Shown here: positions 1-9,137 of the stretch, in pieces | Layout of the letters: every line of letters starts with the position of its first letter | How positions within the stretch are numbered: the stretch's first letter is position 1 | Virus record (IMG/VR): IMGVR_UViG_3300009184_000053 | Location: 1-56,243 of that record | Strand: one strand, 5' to 3' | DNA length: 56,243 nucleotides | Source: a virus | Lineage: Duplodnaviria; Caudoviricetes | Notes under the pieces: generated by a model | What the model saw: only the letters and a program-made list of their open reading frames with translations | Databases searched by the model: none | Told to the model about the DNA's origin: nothing | Translations under genes and position numbers: made by a program

Positions 1-29
1 ACTGAATTTGATATTTTTAATATAGATTA

Positions 30-57
30 GGAACAATTTAGAATACTTTAACTAGAA
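30..57 (+). promoter_or_regulatory. putative ECF-sigma-like (middle) promoter GGAAC-N16-ACTAGAA
   Basis: The same bipartite motif with an exact 16-nt spacer recurs upstream of six genes. Confidence 0.6.
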
Positions 58-73
58 AATAAAAAAGATAAAA

Positions 74-616
74 ATGGCAAGAAAATCAGAAAAACAAATC
101 GAAGTTATGGAGCCGGGTGCTTCTAATGAAGTTGAATTTAAAACTATGGAGGAAGCTACCATTCCTGGATTAGCTCATGAATCTAATTTAGACCATGAAT
201 TAATTTCTAAGCTAGAGAATGATATAGCTTCAAAAAAAGAGGAAATAAAGAATAAAGTTTATGCTGTTTCTATGACAGATGCTCTTTTCCAAAGATATGA
301 ATCATTCATTCAAAATGAAGCTGAATGGTCAGGAACAGAAGCTTTAGGAGTGAAGGAAATAAATAAACAAATCCAAAGAGTAAAGAAAGAAGGAGGAGTT
401 AAAAATTCGGTAATATTCTTAGGAGCTTTACCTTTAGAAGCTAGTCATTATTTCATAGCTAAATCGAAGGGGAAAGGATTAACAAGTGCTGAAGATTTTA
501 TTTCTTTATACAAGGCATTCGATCAGGCGATAGATGATGCTAAAGCAGATGCCAGAGAGATAAAAGGGTTAGAAAAAGAATTAACTGCAGCTATGCAGGG
601 AATAAATGCTGAATAA
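74..616 (+). CDS. hypothetical protein (acidic, helical)
   Basis: 180-aa ORF with an A-rich leader, followed by a terminator hairpin; no motif recognised. Confidence 0.75.
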   Translation: MARKSEKQIEVMEPGASNEVEFKTMEEATIPGLAHESNLDHELISKLENDIASKKEEIKNKVYAVSMTDALFQRYESFIQNEAEWSGTEALGVKEINKQIQRVKKEGGVKNSVIFLGALPLEASHYFIAKSKGKGLTSAEDFISLYKAFDQAIDDAKADAREIKGLEKELTAAMQGINAE

Positions 617-637
617 ATAATATAATTTTAATAAAAT

Positions 638-664
638 AAGCTGGATTCGTATCCAGCTTTTTTT
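638..664 (+). terminator. rho-independent terminator
   Basis: AAGCTGGAT-TCGT-ATCCAGCTT followed by a T run. Confidence 0.85.
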
Positions 665-680
665 GTTGAATAGGAATAAA

Positions 681-688
681 GATATATA
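681..688 (+). promoter_or_regulatory. putative late promoter GATATATA
   Basis: This motif recurs just upstream of many structural genes. Confidence 0.6.
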
Positions 689-703
689 AAAAAACAGAAA
701 ATT

Positions 704-994
704 ATGAATTTCATAGATAAAAATTTAACAAAAATCATTTTAGCCTTTTTGGTACTTGTTTCAATAGGCCAGTGTGGAAACTGCAGAAGATCAGCTTCTA
801 TAGAGAAAAAAATAAAGGACACTAACACTAGAATAGATTCTATTTGTACAAGGAAAGAGATTAAGAAAATAGTGGAAATTGAAGGACTTAAATCAGAGAA
901 AAGGATGATACAATCCACCGATAGAAAAATATTGGATGTTAATCGCCAATCTGAGATTGATGCACAATTGAAAAATTTAAACGAGAATGAATAA
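704..994 (+). CDS. small membrane-anchored or lipoprotein-like protein
   Basis: N-terminal hydrophobic stretch IILAFLVLVSIGQC/GNC, then a charged coiled region; overlaps the next gene by 8 nt. Confidence 0.65.
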   Translation: MNFIDKNLTKIILAFLVLVSIGQCGNCRRSASIEKKIKDTNTRIDSICTRKEIKKIVEIEGLKSEKRMIQSTDRKILDVNRQSEIDAQLKNLNENE

Positions 995-1673
995 AAAAGT
1001 AACAAGCTATTTTATCATAGGAACTTTCGTTGGCCTCTATTTAATTGTTTCTGCGATATCTACTGTACACGTTATAAATTTCTTTGAACTGTCTAATCCT
1101 AGATGGCTAGCTATATCATTAGCTCTTGCATTTGAGATCGGAGCAGCCGCTTCGTTATCATCACTTATTATACTGGATAAAACAAATAAGTTTTTAGTTT
1201 GGATGCTTTTCATAATACTAACCCTTATGCAAGCTATGGGTAATACTTATTATGCATACACTCATTTAAGTGATTTTAAATCATGGGTAGAATTATTTGG
1301 AATGGTTGACGAGGATTTAATTTATCAAAAGAGAATCCTTTCATTAATAAGTGGTGCTATACTTCCATTGGTTTCTTTAGGGTTTATAAAGTCTCTAGTT
1401 GATTACATTAAACCCACAGAGATTAATCAAGATGAAATTGGAACTGAAGCAGATCAAGAACCAATAATTCCTCAGGAAGAAACAACAACTGAGCCAGAGA
1501 TTAATCAAGATGAGCAATTGGAAGAAACTGATATCCCTCATGATGAATCTGTAATTTTGGAGGCAGGTGTAAATTCATGGGCACCTGAAAATCTAGAGCC
1601 CGTTAATAGTAACTCCGTTCCATTAAAGAGAGTTGAGGACCCTTCATTAAGGCATAAGATGGGATATAAATAA
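987..1673 (+). CDS. multi-pass membrane protein (about 4 TM helices) with acidic C-terminal tail
   Basis: Four hydrophobic segments in the first ~140 aa, then an E/D/P-rich tail. Confidence 0.75.
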   Translation: MNKKVTSYFIIGTFVGLYLIVSAISTVHVINFFELSNPRWLAISLALAFEIGAAASLSSLIILDKTNKFLVWMLFIILTLMQAMGNTYYAYTHLSDFKSWVELFGMVDEDLIYQKRILSLISGAILPLVSLGFIKSLVDYIKPTEINQDEIGTEADQEPIIPQEETTTEPEINQDEQLEETDIPHDESVILEAGVNSWAPENLEPVNSNSVPLKRVEDPSLRHKMGYK

Positions 1674-1688
1674 AATAATTTAAATAAA

Positions 1689-2375
1689 TTGGCAGACAAC
1701 GATACATCACAAGTACAAGATTATGACGGTGGAGACTCCGGGGGTGGAGGTATAAATTTACCTGGTGGTTCGTCTGCATATCCATCTTCACCTGTAGATG
1801 GAGAGCTTGGACCTACCGGAAATAATTTTTTTACTAATTATAGCAATATTGCTAAAATTAAGGATCAATTAAGTATAATTGATGCAACATTTAAAAGATT
1901 TAATACCCCTCCGGTTCTTAATTTTTCGGGAAATACCATAAACGTATCCAGAAAAGCTGAGACTCTTGACACGTTGAATATCTCTGAATTTTTTCACCCA
2001 TTATTAGATTTCTCAGAATATCAGAAACAGACATTTGTAATATCGCCAAGAACTACTGTTAATATAGATCCTTCAAGTTTGCAAACAACGAATGGTGAAG
2101 TTTCTATGATAGTTGCTAGAGCATATTATCTCCCTGAAGCAACCGATGGTGATAGATCTATATTCTGGGATTATAAAGGATCCCAAAGAAACCCTATGGG
2201 TCAATTTATGGTTTTAAGCGGAGCTGTTAAGAATGGCTCTTCTTGGTATGGTTGGGATCTTGATCCTTTTTCTACCTACGGTCACACGGGACCAGCTAAC
2301 ATAGCAAATGGAGGAATCTCTTTTACAAATCCTACCAATTTGAATGTTAAGCTTACAATAATAATATCAAGTTAA
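1689..2375 (+). CDS. hypothetical beta-rich protein, paralog of 2377..2862 (possible virion protein)
   Basis: Shares MGxxMVLSG, GW and NGGIxFxNP...xKLxI motifs with the next ORF; TTG start. Confidence 0.7.
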   Translation: MADNDTSQVQDYDGGDSGGGGINLPGGSSAYPSSPVDGELGPTGNNFFTNYSNIAKIKDQLSIIDATFKRFNTPPVLNFSGNTINVSRKAETLDTLNISEFFHPLLDFSEYQKQTFVISPRTTVNIDPSSLQTTNGEVSMIVARAYYLPEATDGDRSIFWDYKGSQRNPMGQFMVLSGAVKNGSSWYGWDLDPFSTYGHTGPANIANGGISFTNPTNLNVKLTIIISS

Positions 2376-2376
2376 A

Positions 2377-2862
2377 ATGGCTACACAACCGGTTATATGT
2401 CCAGTTCCAGAAGTTCCTGGATTCACTTTTTCGAGAGGTAGTTTAGTATTAGATGATGGAACAAAAACTACACCCCCGGTATATCTTGATCTGAAGGATA
2501 TGAAGGAAGAGCTTGTTTCTTTCTCAAAAAGTAGGGTTATCCTAAAGGCTGATAAATGCTTTCTCCTAAGTCAAACAGATATAGGTGATGATCTAGGATA
2601 CGTTTCCTTTATAGCTATTAAGGCAACATTTCCTGATTTAACTGTTGAATCTAAAAAATATCTTACGTGGACGTACGAAGGGGTTACTAATAATATGGGC
2701 ACCCTGATGGTGCTTAGCGGTAAAAGAATATCTTCAATTAGCTCTGTTTATGAGGGGTGGCTTCTTTCTAAACCTGGGGTATATTCACAGAATGGTGGTA
2801 TAGTATTTTGTAATCCACACCCTAACATTGACATAAAATTGGAAATATTGGTGGCTAGATGA
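2377..2862 (+). CDS. hypothetical beta-rich protein, paralog of 1689..2375
   Basis: MGTLMVLSG...YEGW...NGGIVFCNP...IKLEIL. Confidence 0.75.
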   Translation: MATQPVICPVPEVPGFTFSRGSLVLDDGTKTTPPVYLDLKDMKEELVSFSKSRVILKADKCFLLSQTDIGDDLGYVSFIAIKATFPDLTVESKKYLTWTYEGVTNNMGTLMVLSGKRISSISSVYEGWLLSKPGVYSQNGGIVFCNPHPNIDIKLEILVAR

Positions 2863-2913
2863 TAAAAATCCTAGCTTATTCAAATATATAGTAAAAAGTA
2901 TCATACCTTTTTG

Positions 2914-2921
2914 GATATATA
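2914..2921 (+). promoter_or_regulatory. putative late promoter GATATATA
   Basis: Recurrent motif, 23 nt upstream of the ATG at 2945. Confidence 0.6.
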
Positions 2922-2944
2922 ATCAGATAAAATAATTAAAAACT

Positions 2945-3709
2945 ATGGAATTTATAAACCAAGTTAAACAACTAAAGGAACAAACTAAATCACCTGAGGT
3001 TAGACAAATTTGCGAGGCATACCTAAGTGGTAAAGGTGGAATATCCCCTGAAGCTATAACTAATGTGTTAAATGAGAATTTTGTTACTCCTTTATCTAGC
3101 CCAAGTATATTAAACTACAGGGATGCAGTACAAAGGGAAGAAGCTGAAACCTCTAAAAGAGCAGCTGACTCATTAATGGCATCTTGGGATGGTGTAAAAT
3201 CAGCTCCTTTAAATAACTCAGGAACATACTTAATAAAAGAAAGTCAAAACAATGACAATTCTATAATTAGAGAAATAGCTAGTGCTGCTTCTGGAGATTC
3301 CTCTGCTAACTCTTTTGTCGAAGCTCAGGGATTAAAAAAATTAGGTGTTTTAGAATCTATCTCAAAGATAAAAAGCTCTTCGATTTATGAGCATCATCCA
3401 GTTAGAGTTTTATGTGAAAAATATTCAAATCTAATTGAAAATAAAAATATCCCAGAATTCGCTTTAATTCATAACTTTATAGCAGAAGCTTCTAATTTTA
3501 AATGGGATTTTACAGTAGGTGAAGTTTTAACTAAATTAAACAGAAGAGTTGATAAGTATTCTAGAGAAATAGAGGTTTCTAAAGTTTTAGAGAATGTTAA
3601 ATCAAGTGGAAGTTCTAGCTTTTATTCTGAATTAACTGAATCTTTAAATTCTTGGTTAATATCTGAAAGTAAATCTTCTTGTATATTATCTAAAAGTATT
3701 TCTAAATAG
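2945..3709 (+). CDS. N-terminal part of a large putative prohead core/internal protein (interrupted by TAG 3707-3709)
   Basis: In frame with 3734..5740; the intervening codons (AFNSVVRN) are open. Confidence 0.65.
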   Translation: MEFINQVKQLKEQTKSPEVRQICEAYLSGKGGISPEAITNVLNENFVTPLSSPSILNYRDAVQREEAETSKRAADSLMASWDGVKSAPLNNSGTYLIKESQNNDNSIIREIASAASGDSSANSFVEAQGLKKLGVLESISKIKSSSIYEHHPVRVLCEKYSNLIENKNIPEFALIHNFIAEASNFKWDFTVGEVLTKLNRRVDKYSREIEVSKVLENVKSSGSSSFYSELTESLNSWLISESKSSCILSKSISK

Positions 3710-3733
3710 GCTTTTAATTCAGTAGTTAGAAAC

Positions 3734-5740
3734 TTGATCAATTATCTTAATGTTAATGAATCAAGAAGTTCTAGAAATTTGGAAATACCTGTTTCACAAG
3801 GAGAATCTACTGTTAATAGAGTGCATTCACCAGTTTTAATAGAAGAAGGAAATACTATATTTGCTATAGGAAAAACACTTTTTGAAGCTTCAGAGAACGG
3901 GGTTAGTAAAATCGCTCAGGACAGAATACAATATATTTCTAATGACTATTTATCTCTTGTTTCTGCTTTAAATAACGAAGGCGTTAAAGTAAACGAAAAC
4001 GGTGTATTTGTAAGATTTGGTAAAAAGACTGTTAGATTGGTTGAAGAAAATTCTGATCTTTCTGTTTACTTAGATAAAACCAAATTAAATTTTAGAAGCT
4101 TAGGTGAACTTGGTAAACTTTTAGGTTTAGAGGCAGGTGCATACTTTGGTGTTAATGAGAATGAGACAATCACTAATGTTATTACCATATACAGAGGATT
4201 TAACGATATTGTTGAATTAGATTTTGCTAAATCTATAGTTTCTAATATCTACGAGGGTGTAACCGCAAATTTAATAAAATGGGAAGGTAAAATCTATCTA
4301 AACCGTGTTAATGAGGGTATGAGAGAAAATTCACTATTCCCGGTTAACGGAACACAAGCCGTTAATATGGTTAAAGAATTACTAAGATACGACATATCTG
4401 AAGGATTAACAGAATTCTTAGAGGGAGAACAAAAAGTTAAGTCTGTTATGATAAATGACAGAAATAAAGTTTTGGAAAATATCTCTAGAGTGGAGATTGA
4501 AATGTCTAAGATTGAAACCCTAATGGAAAGCAATCAACTTTATGCTAATTCTAAAGAAATCAAAGCTGCACATAATTTATTAAATAGAGAATTATCTCTA
4601 TTAAAAGAAAAGTGGAATCAAATAAACTTAGAGATAGCTAAAATAGAAATGACTCCAGAAATCGACGAGGTTTACATAACAGAAGATGAAAGATTTCATA
4701 TAGGTTCTTATATTAAAGTAAAAGAATCAGGAGAAAGCGGAAAAATAGTTTCTGTTGATGGAACATCTGGAAGATTTACAGTTCTTTTAGATAGCGGAAA
4801 AACGTCTGATTATTTGGTAAATGAAATAGTTGATTTAGACAGCGCATTAAATCAAGCTGCTAATGATAACGAGGAATCAAGATCAGATAGAAGCGATGAA
4901 GACGGAGAAGAGGAAATGAAAGAATCAATGACTCTTAATACCCTTAATAAATCTAAATTAAGCATCGGAGAGCAAAAGAAAATATTAAAGACTCTTGCTA
5001 CTAATCACTCATTTGCTAATGCCCCTAAAGGTGAACAAGACGAGATAGAGGTAGATATGGACGGATTTCATGGCTACAATTTAACAATGAATGAAGCCAT
5101 TAAGAAAATTCAATCCCAATATAAGAATGGCCAATTAGTTAAAGCTCCAGGTAATGATAAGATGACTAAAGGTAAGGACGCAAATAAGAAGAATTTAGCC
5201 GCTGCTCCAGGCAGTTCTAAAATGGTTAAAGGAAAGGAGCAAGGAAAAAATCTTTTAAGAGATGCTCCAGGTAAAGAAGGTGATGTAGATTTTGACGGTG
5301 TAGATGCTGCAGGAAATAAATATGAAATCGGGTACAATATAGCAGAGGGTAAAACGACAGCTACCAATTATGCTAAAACCCCAAACGGAGGTTCTAAAGT
5401 TAAATCTACTGGAGGAACTACGAAAAATAATACCACCGCTCACGCTCCAGAAAGTGGAAAACACGCTCCTCAAACTAAAGGAACAACTCCTAATAATTTA
5501 GCACATGCTCCAGAGAATGGAAAACATGCAGGAGAAACACATAAGCCTGCTTTAATGAATTCTTTAATTTCTGCTCCAGATCACGGAAGGAAAGCTAAAG
5601 AAACAAACAGCGTAGTTGCAGGAATTACTAAAAAACAAGGATTAGTATCTGCTCCAGGAAAGGAAGGAAATGTAAACTTTAAAGCAGCAAAAGATAGAGG
5701 TTACAATCTTTCGGAAGGGGAAGAATTAAAAAAAAAGTAA
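3734..5740 (+). CDS. C-terminal part of the same large protein: coiled coil, KOW/SH3-like segment, repetitive xxAPxxG tail
   Basis: Weak TTG start in frame with the upstream ORF; IGSYIKVKESGESGKIVSVD KOW-like segment; repeats LxxAPG and GYN(L/I)xE. Confidence 0.7.
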   Translation: MINYLNVNESRSSRNLEIPVSQGESTVNRVHSPVLIEEGNTIFAIGKTLFEASENGVSKIAQDRIQYISNDYLSLVSALNNEGVKVNENGVFVRFGKKTVRLVEENSDLSVYLDKTKLNFRSLGELGKLLGLEAGAYFGVNENETITNVITIYRGFNDIVELDFAKSIVSNIYEGVTANLIKWEGKIYLNRVNEGMRENSLFPVNGTQAVNMVKELLRYDISEGLTEFLEGEQKVKSVMINDRNKVLENISRVEIEMSKIETLMESNQLYANSKEIKAAHNLLNRELSLLKEKWNQINLEIAKIEMTPEIDEVYITEDERFHIGSYIKVKESGESGKIVSVDGTSGRFTVLLDSGKTSDYLVNEIVDLDSALNQAANDNEESRSDRSDEDGEEEMKESMTLNTLNKSKLSIGEQKKILKTLATNHSFANAPKGEQDEIEVDMDGFHGYNLTMNEAIKKIQSQYKNGQLVKAPGNDKMTKGKDANKKNLAAAPGSSKMVKGKEQGKNLLRDAPGKEGDVDFDGVDAAGNKYEIGYNIAEGKTTATNYAKTPNGGSKVKSTGGTTKNNTTAHAPESGKHAPQTKGTTPNNLAHAPENGKHAGETHKPALMNSLISAPDHGRKAKETNSVVAGITKKQGLVSAPGKEGNVNFKAAKDRGYNLSEGEELKKK

Positions 5741-5898
5741 CTAGGCACTTTTACTTTGCTCCTAAAGCTGAAGATCAGAATAAACCAGGGAAAAAATTCA
5801 TAGATCCATCTGCAGGAAAACTTAGTAAAGCACCAACAGGGAAGGACATCATACAAAATACAGACGATGATTCTTCGGAGCCTGAAGAATCTAAATAA
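5737..5898 (+). other. -1 frame extension (53 aa) reached through the slippery A_AAA_AAG site at 5731-5737
   Basis: Open frame VTRHFYFAPKAEDQNKPGKKFIDPSAGKLSKAPTGK...EESK* continues the AP repeat and ends just before a terminator. Confidence 0.6.
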
Positions 5899-5905
5899 AT
5901 ATTAG

Positions 5906-5933
5906 AAAGAGAATGCATCGCATTCTCTTTTTT
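5906..5933 (+). terminator. rho-independent terminator
   Basis: AAAGAGAATGC-ATC-GCATTCTCTTT plus a T run. Confidence 0.8.
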
Positions 5934-5936
5934 ATT

Positions 5937-5964
5937 GAAATATTATCATATTTATTAACTAGAA
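5937..5964 (+). promoter_or_regulatory. putative ECF-sigma-like promoter GAAAT-N16-ACTAGAA
   Basis: Variant of the GGAAC-N16-wCTA motif, upstream of the late sigma gene. Confidence 0.5.
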
Positions 5965-5998
5965 TATAATAGTTCTAATCCAAATAAACTCACACTTA

Positions 5999-6358
5999 AT
6001 GGCCAAAGATTATGTAAAAAATAGCGATCTAATGATAGCTGTTGTAGAATCAAAGAAAAACGGAAAGCTAACCCCTGAAACAATAGCTATGTTTACCCTA
6101 ATGATACAAGGGATATCTAAAAAAATGGCCTATAAAGATCCTGATGATAAGGACGATTGCATGGCATTTGCGATGGAAGATCTTTGCAAATATTGGGATA
6201 GGTTCAACCCAGAGAAATCGAATAATCCTTTTGCATATTTTACTCAGATAGCGAAGAATGGGTTTGCTAAAGGCTGGAAAAAACTCCATCCGCCTAAGAG
6301 TCCTAAAACTATACCCTTTAGCTATATCACAGGTGATGATAACACATATAACATTTAA
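5999..6358 (+). CDS. gp55: T4 gp55-like sigma factor for late transcription (short form)
   Basis: YVKNxDL...KYWDRFNPEKSNNPFAYFTQIAKNGF is the typical gp55 region-2 signature. Confidence 0.85.
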   Translation: MAKDYVKNSDLMIAVVESKKNGKLTPETIAMFTLMIQGISKKMAYKDPDDKDDCMAFAMEDLCKYWDRFNPEKSNNPFAYFTQIAKNGFAKGWKKLHPPKSPKTIPFSYITGDDNTYNI

Positions 6359-6363
6359 TTTAT

Positions 6364-6849
6364 ATGACTGATATTAAAAAGGTTAAGCCCAATGGTGAAT
6401 ATAAGTCTGGATTATATGCTCCTATTAATCAAGATAAGTATATTGGGGATATTCATAATATAATATACCGATCCTCGTGGGAATATAGATTTTGTACATA
6501 TTGTGATACTAATGAATCAATAATTAAATGGTCATCAGAGCCCATGGCTATAGATTATTATAATCCTTTAGATAAAAAAGAGCATAAATATAATGTTGAT
6601 TTTTATATAAAAGTTATAAGAGAGGATAACGAGATCCAAGAATGGATTATAGAGATTAAGCCAGAGAGACAAACGCAAAAGCCAATATATGAGGGTAATA
6701 TGACTCTTTCTAAATTAAAGTCATATAATAGAAATATGCAGATCTGGATAACAAATCAAGCTAAGTTTAAAGCAGCCAAAGACTGGGCTGAGAAAAGAGG
6801 ATTTAAGTTTGGTGTTGTTGATGAGAATTTTTTATTTAAAAGTAGATGA
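6364..6849 (+). CDS. gp4: head completion nuclease (T4 gp4-like, TnsA-type fold)
   Basis: KYIGD..NIIYRSSWE...WSSEP...YNVDFYIK...IEIKP..QT. Confidence 0.9.
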   Translation: MTDIKKVKPNGEYKSGLYAPINQDKYIGDIHNIIYRSSWEYRFCTYCDTNESIIKWSSEPMAIDYYNPLDKKEHKYNVDFYIKVIREDNEIQEWIIEIKPERQTQKPIYEGNMTLSKLKSYNRNMQIWITNQAKFKAAKDWAEKRGFKFGVVDENFLFKSR

Positions 6850-7454
6850 GAAAATATTCAGAATCAGTTTTAGAATATAAGAACAGTTTTAAAAATACAT
6901 CGGAATTAGTTTCTAATACTGATAATATTTTTGAAGCTAAATATTTTAGAAACGGTAAATCAGACAAAAAATTCTATCCCCCGTTTATACCTGGACAAAT
7001 ATACTCGTTCTATTACACAACAGATTCTAAGGTTAGCGAAAAAAGACCCTTTATAAACAGGAATCCTATAGTTTTATCTACTGGATATTATCTTGATAAT
7101 AAAATCGGTACAATATTAAAAGGAATAGATTTAATTACTGTCCCCCCTATTAAAAAAATAGAAATATTATCCAAAGTATTTGATAATTTTTCAGAGGTGC
7201 TAGAAAAAAACGAGGAGGCATATCCAAGAGGAGGGGCTATAACACCGATAGATTTAAATTCATCATTCTTAAATAAGGCATTAGCAGAAACCGGATATGA
7301 AAAATCTTTTTTTGGTTTTAAAGCTAAGTTTATGCAAGATATAAAAATATTAGATCTTGAAGATTGGTATAAAATTCCATATCTTCGTTTATCTATGATA
7401 GAGGGCTTGCAACCTCAGGGGATATATAAAGAATATGAGTCGAAATTAATTTAG
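6846..7454 (+). CDS. gp2: DNA end protector protein (T4 gp2-like)
   Basis: FIPGQIYSFYY...PFINRNPIV...GIDLITVPP; lies directly after gp4. Confidence 0.6.
   Translation: MRKYSESVLEYKNSFKNTSELVSNTDNIFEAKYFRNGKSDKKFYPPFIPGQIYSFYYTTDSKVSEKRPFINRNPIVLSTGYYLDNKIGTILKGIDLITVPPIKKIEILSKVFDNFSEVLEKNEEAYPRGGAITPIDLNSSFLNKALAETGYEKSFFGFKAKFMQDIKILDLEDWYKIPYLRLSMIEGLQPQGIYKEYESKLI
7421..7428 (+). promoter_or_regulatory. putative late promoter GATATATA (inside the gp2 3' end, upstream of the portals)
   Basis: Recurrent motif. Confidence 0.55.
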
Positions 7455-7487
7455 AAAGTAGACTAAAATAACTGAAATAAATTACAA

Positions 7488-9128
7488 ATGGCTGGTTTCG
7501 TAGATAATAATGGTCCTTCTCAATCCCCGGTTATACAAAGAATTAGGGATTCTCTTAAAAGGTTAAGTACCTTTGGGATGAAGTATGATGATATGGTTAT
7601 TAGGAATTCCCAAGCGGTAGGAGCTACAGAGGCTTCTTTTCTTAATAAAAATAAATCAAATGTCGAAGATGAAGGTATGTTATGGACCTTGGCTAAGCAA
7701 GATATAACAACCAAACAATTTGTATCATATTTCGATAAAGACTATAAGGGCAAAAGAGATTACCTCAGAAAATTTTCTTTAAACCCTGAGATTGAATGGG
7801 TCCTTGATATACTTTGCGATGAATCCATATCATATAATCCTTCCAACTATTTTGCCTATCCTGATATGATAGATCTTACCGATCTTAACGAAAAGCTTAA
7901 GGATGATCTGTATGAAACATATAAAAAGATATACGATGTATGGGGATTCAACGATGATATAACAGCTTGGCAATATTTTAGACAATTTTTAGTTGATGGG
8001 TTTTTAGCATTTGAAATAATATACGATAATTCAGGCAAAGAAATAATAGGATTTAAAGAGATAGATGCAGTAACAATAGTTCCTAGTGTAGAAAAGCAAC
8101 CAAATGGTTCTTTTTTAAGTACATGGACACAATTCCCTCAGGATCCTAGAAAAAGAAGAGTTCTTTACGATCCACAGATCATTTATATTTCTTATGCTAA
8201 AGGAAATTCTATATCAAGAATTAGTTACACAGAAAGACTGATTCGCCCTTATAATATTCTTAGAATTATAGAATACACCAGGGTAATTTGGTCTGTTATG
8301 AATGCTTCGTTTAAGCTAAAGATGACCGTTCCAATTGGAACAAAATCTCAGCAGAAAGGTATGCAAACATTGGGTGAATTAATGAGTATTTATAAAGAAG
8401 ACATCCAGTTAAATGATGATACAGGAGAGCTACTTGTTGATGGCAGACCTAAAATACAATTCTATAAGAATTATTTAATGCCACAAGGGGTAAACGGAAC
8501 TCCTACCATAGAGCCAATAACTACTGAAGGACCTAATTTAAACGACACGACACCTTTGAATTACTTTTATGATAAGTTTTCTCAGGAATCTAAAATCCCA
8601 GCATCTAGATTCCATGGTCCGGATGGAGGTAATACCTCAACTTATGTAAATGCTGCAGAAGGATTAGATAAGGAGGAAATTAGATTTTCTAAGTTTATAT
8701 CTAGATTAAGATCGACATTTCAAGAGATATTAACTAAGCCTTTATGGATTCAAATGGCAAAGAAACACCCTCAGCTAGAGCAGGATTTTACATTCAAAAG
8801 TCAACTAGGCCTTGAATATTTTTCGGATAATCCTTTTAAGATAAATCAGGAGATAGAAATGTTTAATAAAAGAAAGGAGTCGGTTACAGCTATGGCTGGA
8901 CTCCTTGAAGATGGAGAAAAGCCTTATTTTTCTGTTTCATTCTTGGTTGAAAACTTTTTAGGAATGTCACATCAGGATATAAAATCTAACCAGGAGGCGG
9001 TCGAAAGAAGGAAGAAAGAGAAAGAGGAAGAGGCTAAAAAGAAAAAGAAAGAAGAAGAGAAAAAAGCTAAAAAAGAAGGTGAGGAAGGTGGAGAAGAAGC
9101 AGGGGATGATGAAACGGCAACATTATAA
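7488..9128 (+). CDS. gp20: portal vertex protein, copy 1 (T4 gp20-like)
   Basis: NPEIE..LD...DESI, FRQFLVDG, SY.ERLIRPYN.LRIIE, IPASRF, EEIRFSKFISRLRS.F. Confidence 0.9.
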   Translation: MAGFVDNNGPSQSPVIQRIRDSLKRLSTFGMKYDDMVIRNSQAVGATEASFLNKNKSNVEDEGMLWTLAKQDITTKQFVSYFDKDYKGKRDYLRKFSLNPEIEWVLDILCDESISYNPSNYFAYPDMIDLTDLNEKLKDDLYETYKKIYDVWGFNDDITAWQYFRQFLVDGFLAFEIIYDNSGKEIIGFKEIDAVTIVPSVEKQPNGSFLSTWTQFPQDPRKRRVLYDPQIIYISYAKGNSISRISYTERLIRPYNILRIIEYTRVIWSVMNASFKLKMTVPIGTKSQQKGMQTLGELMSIYKEDIQLNDDTGELLVDGRPKIQFYKNYLMPQGVNGTPTIEPITTEGPNLNDTTPLNYFYDKFSQESKIPASRFHGPDGGNTSTYVNAAEGLDKEEIRFSKFISRLRSTFQEILTKPLWIQMAKKHPQLEQDFTFKSQLGLEYFSDNPFKINQEIEMFNKRKESVTAMAGLLEDGEKPYFSVSFLVENFLGMSHQDIKSNQEAVERRKKEKEEEAKKKKKEEEKKAKKEGEEGGEEAGDDETATL

Positions 9129-9137
9129 AAATAAAAA

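Noticed and set aside
6364-6849. TnsA-like endonuclease as a transposon or homing element
   Set aside because: Motifs and position (gp55-gp4-gp2-portal) fit the T4 gp4 head-completion nuclease, and there are no terminal repeats or other transposition genes.
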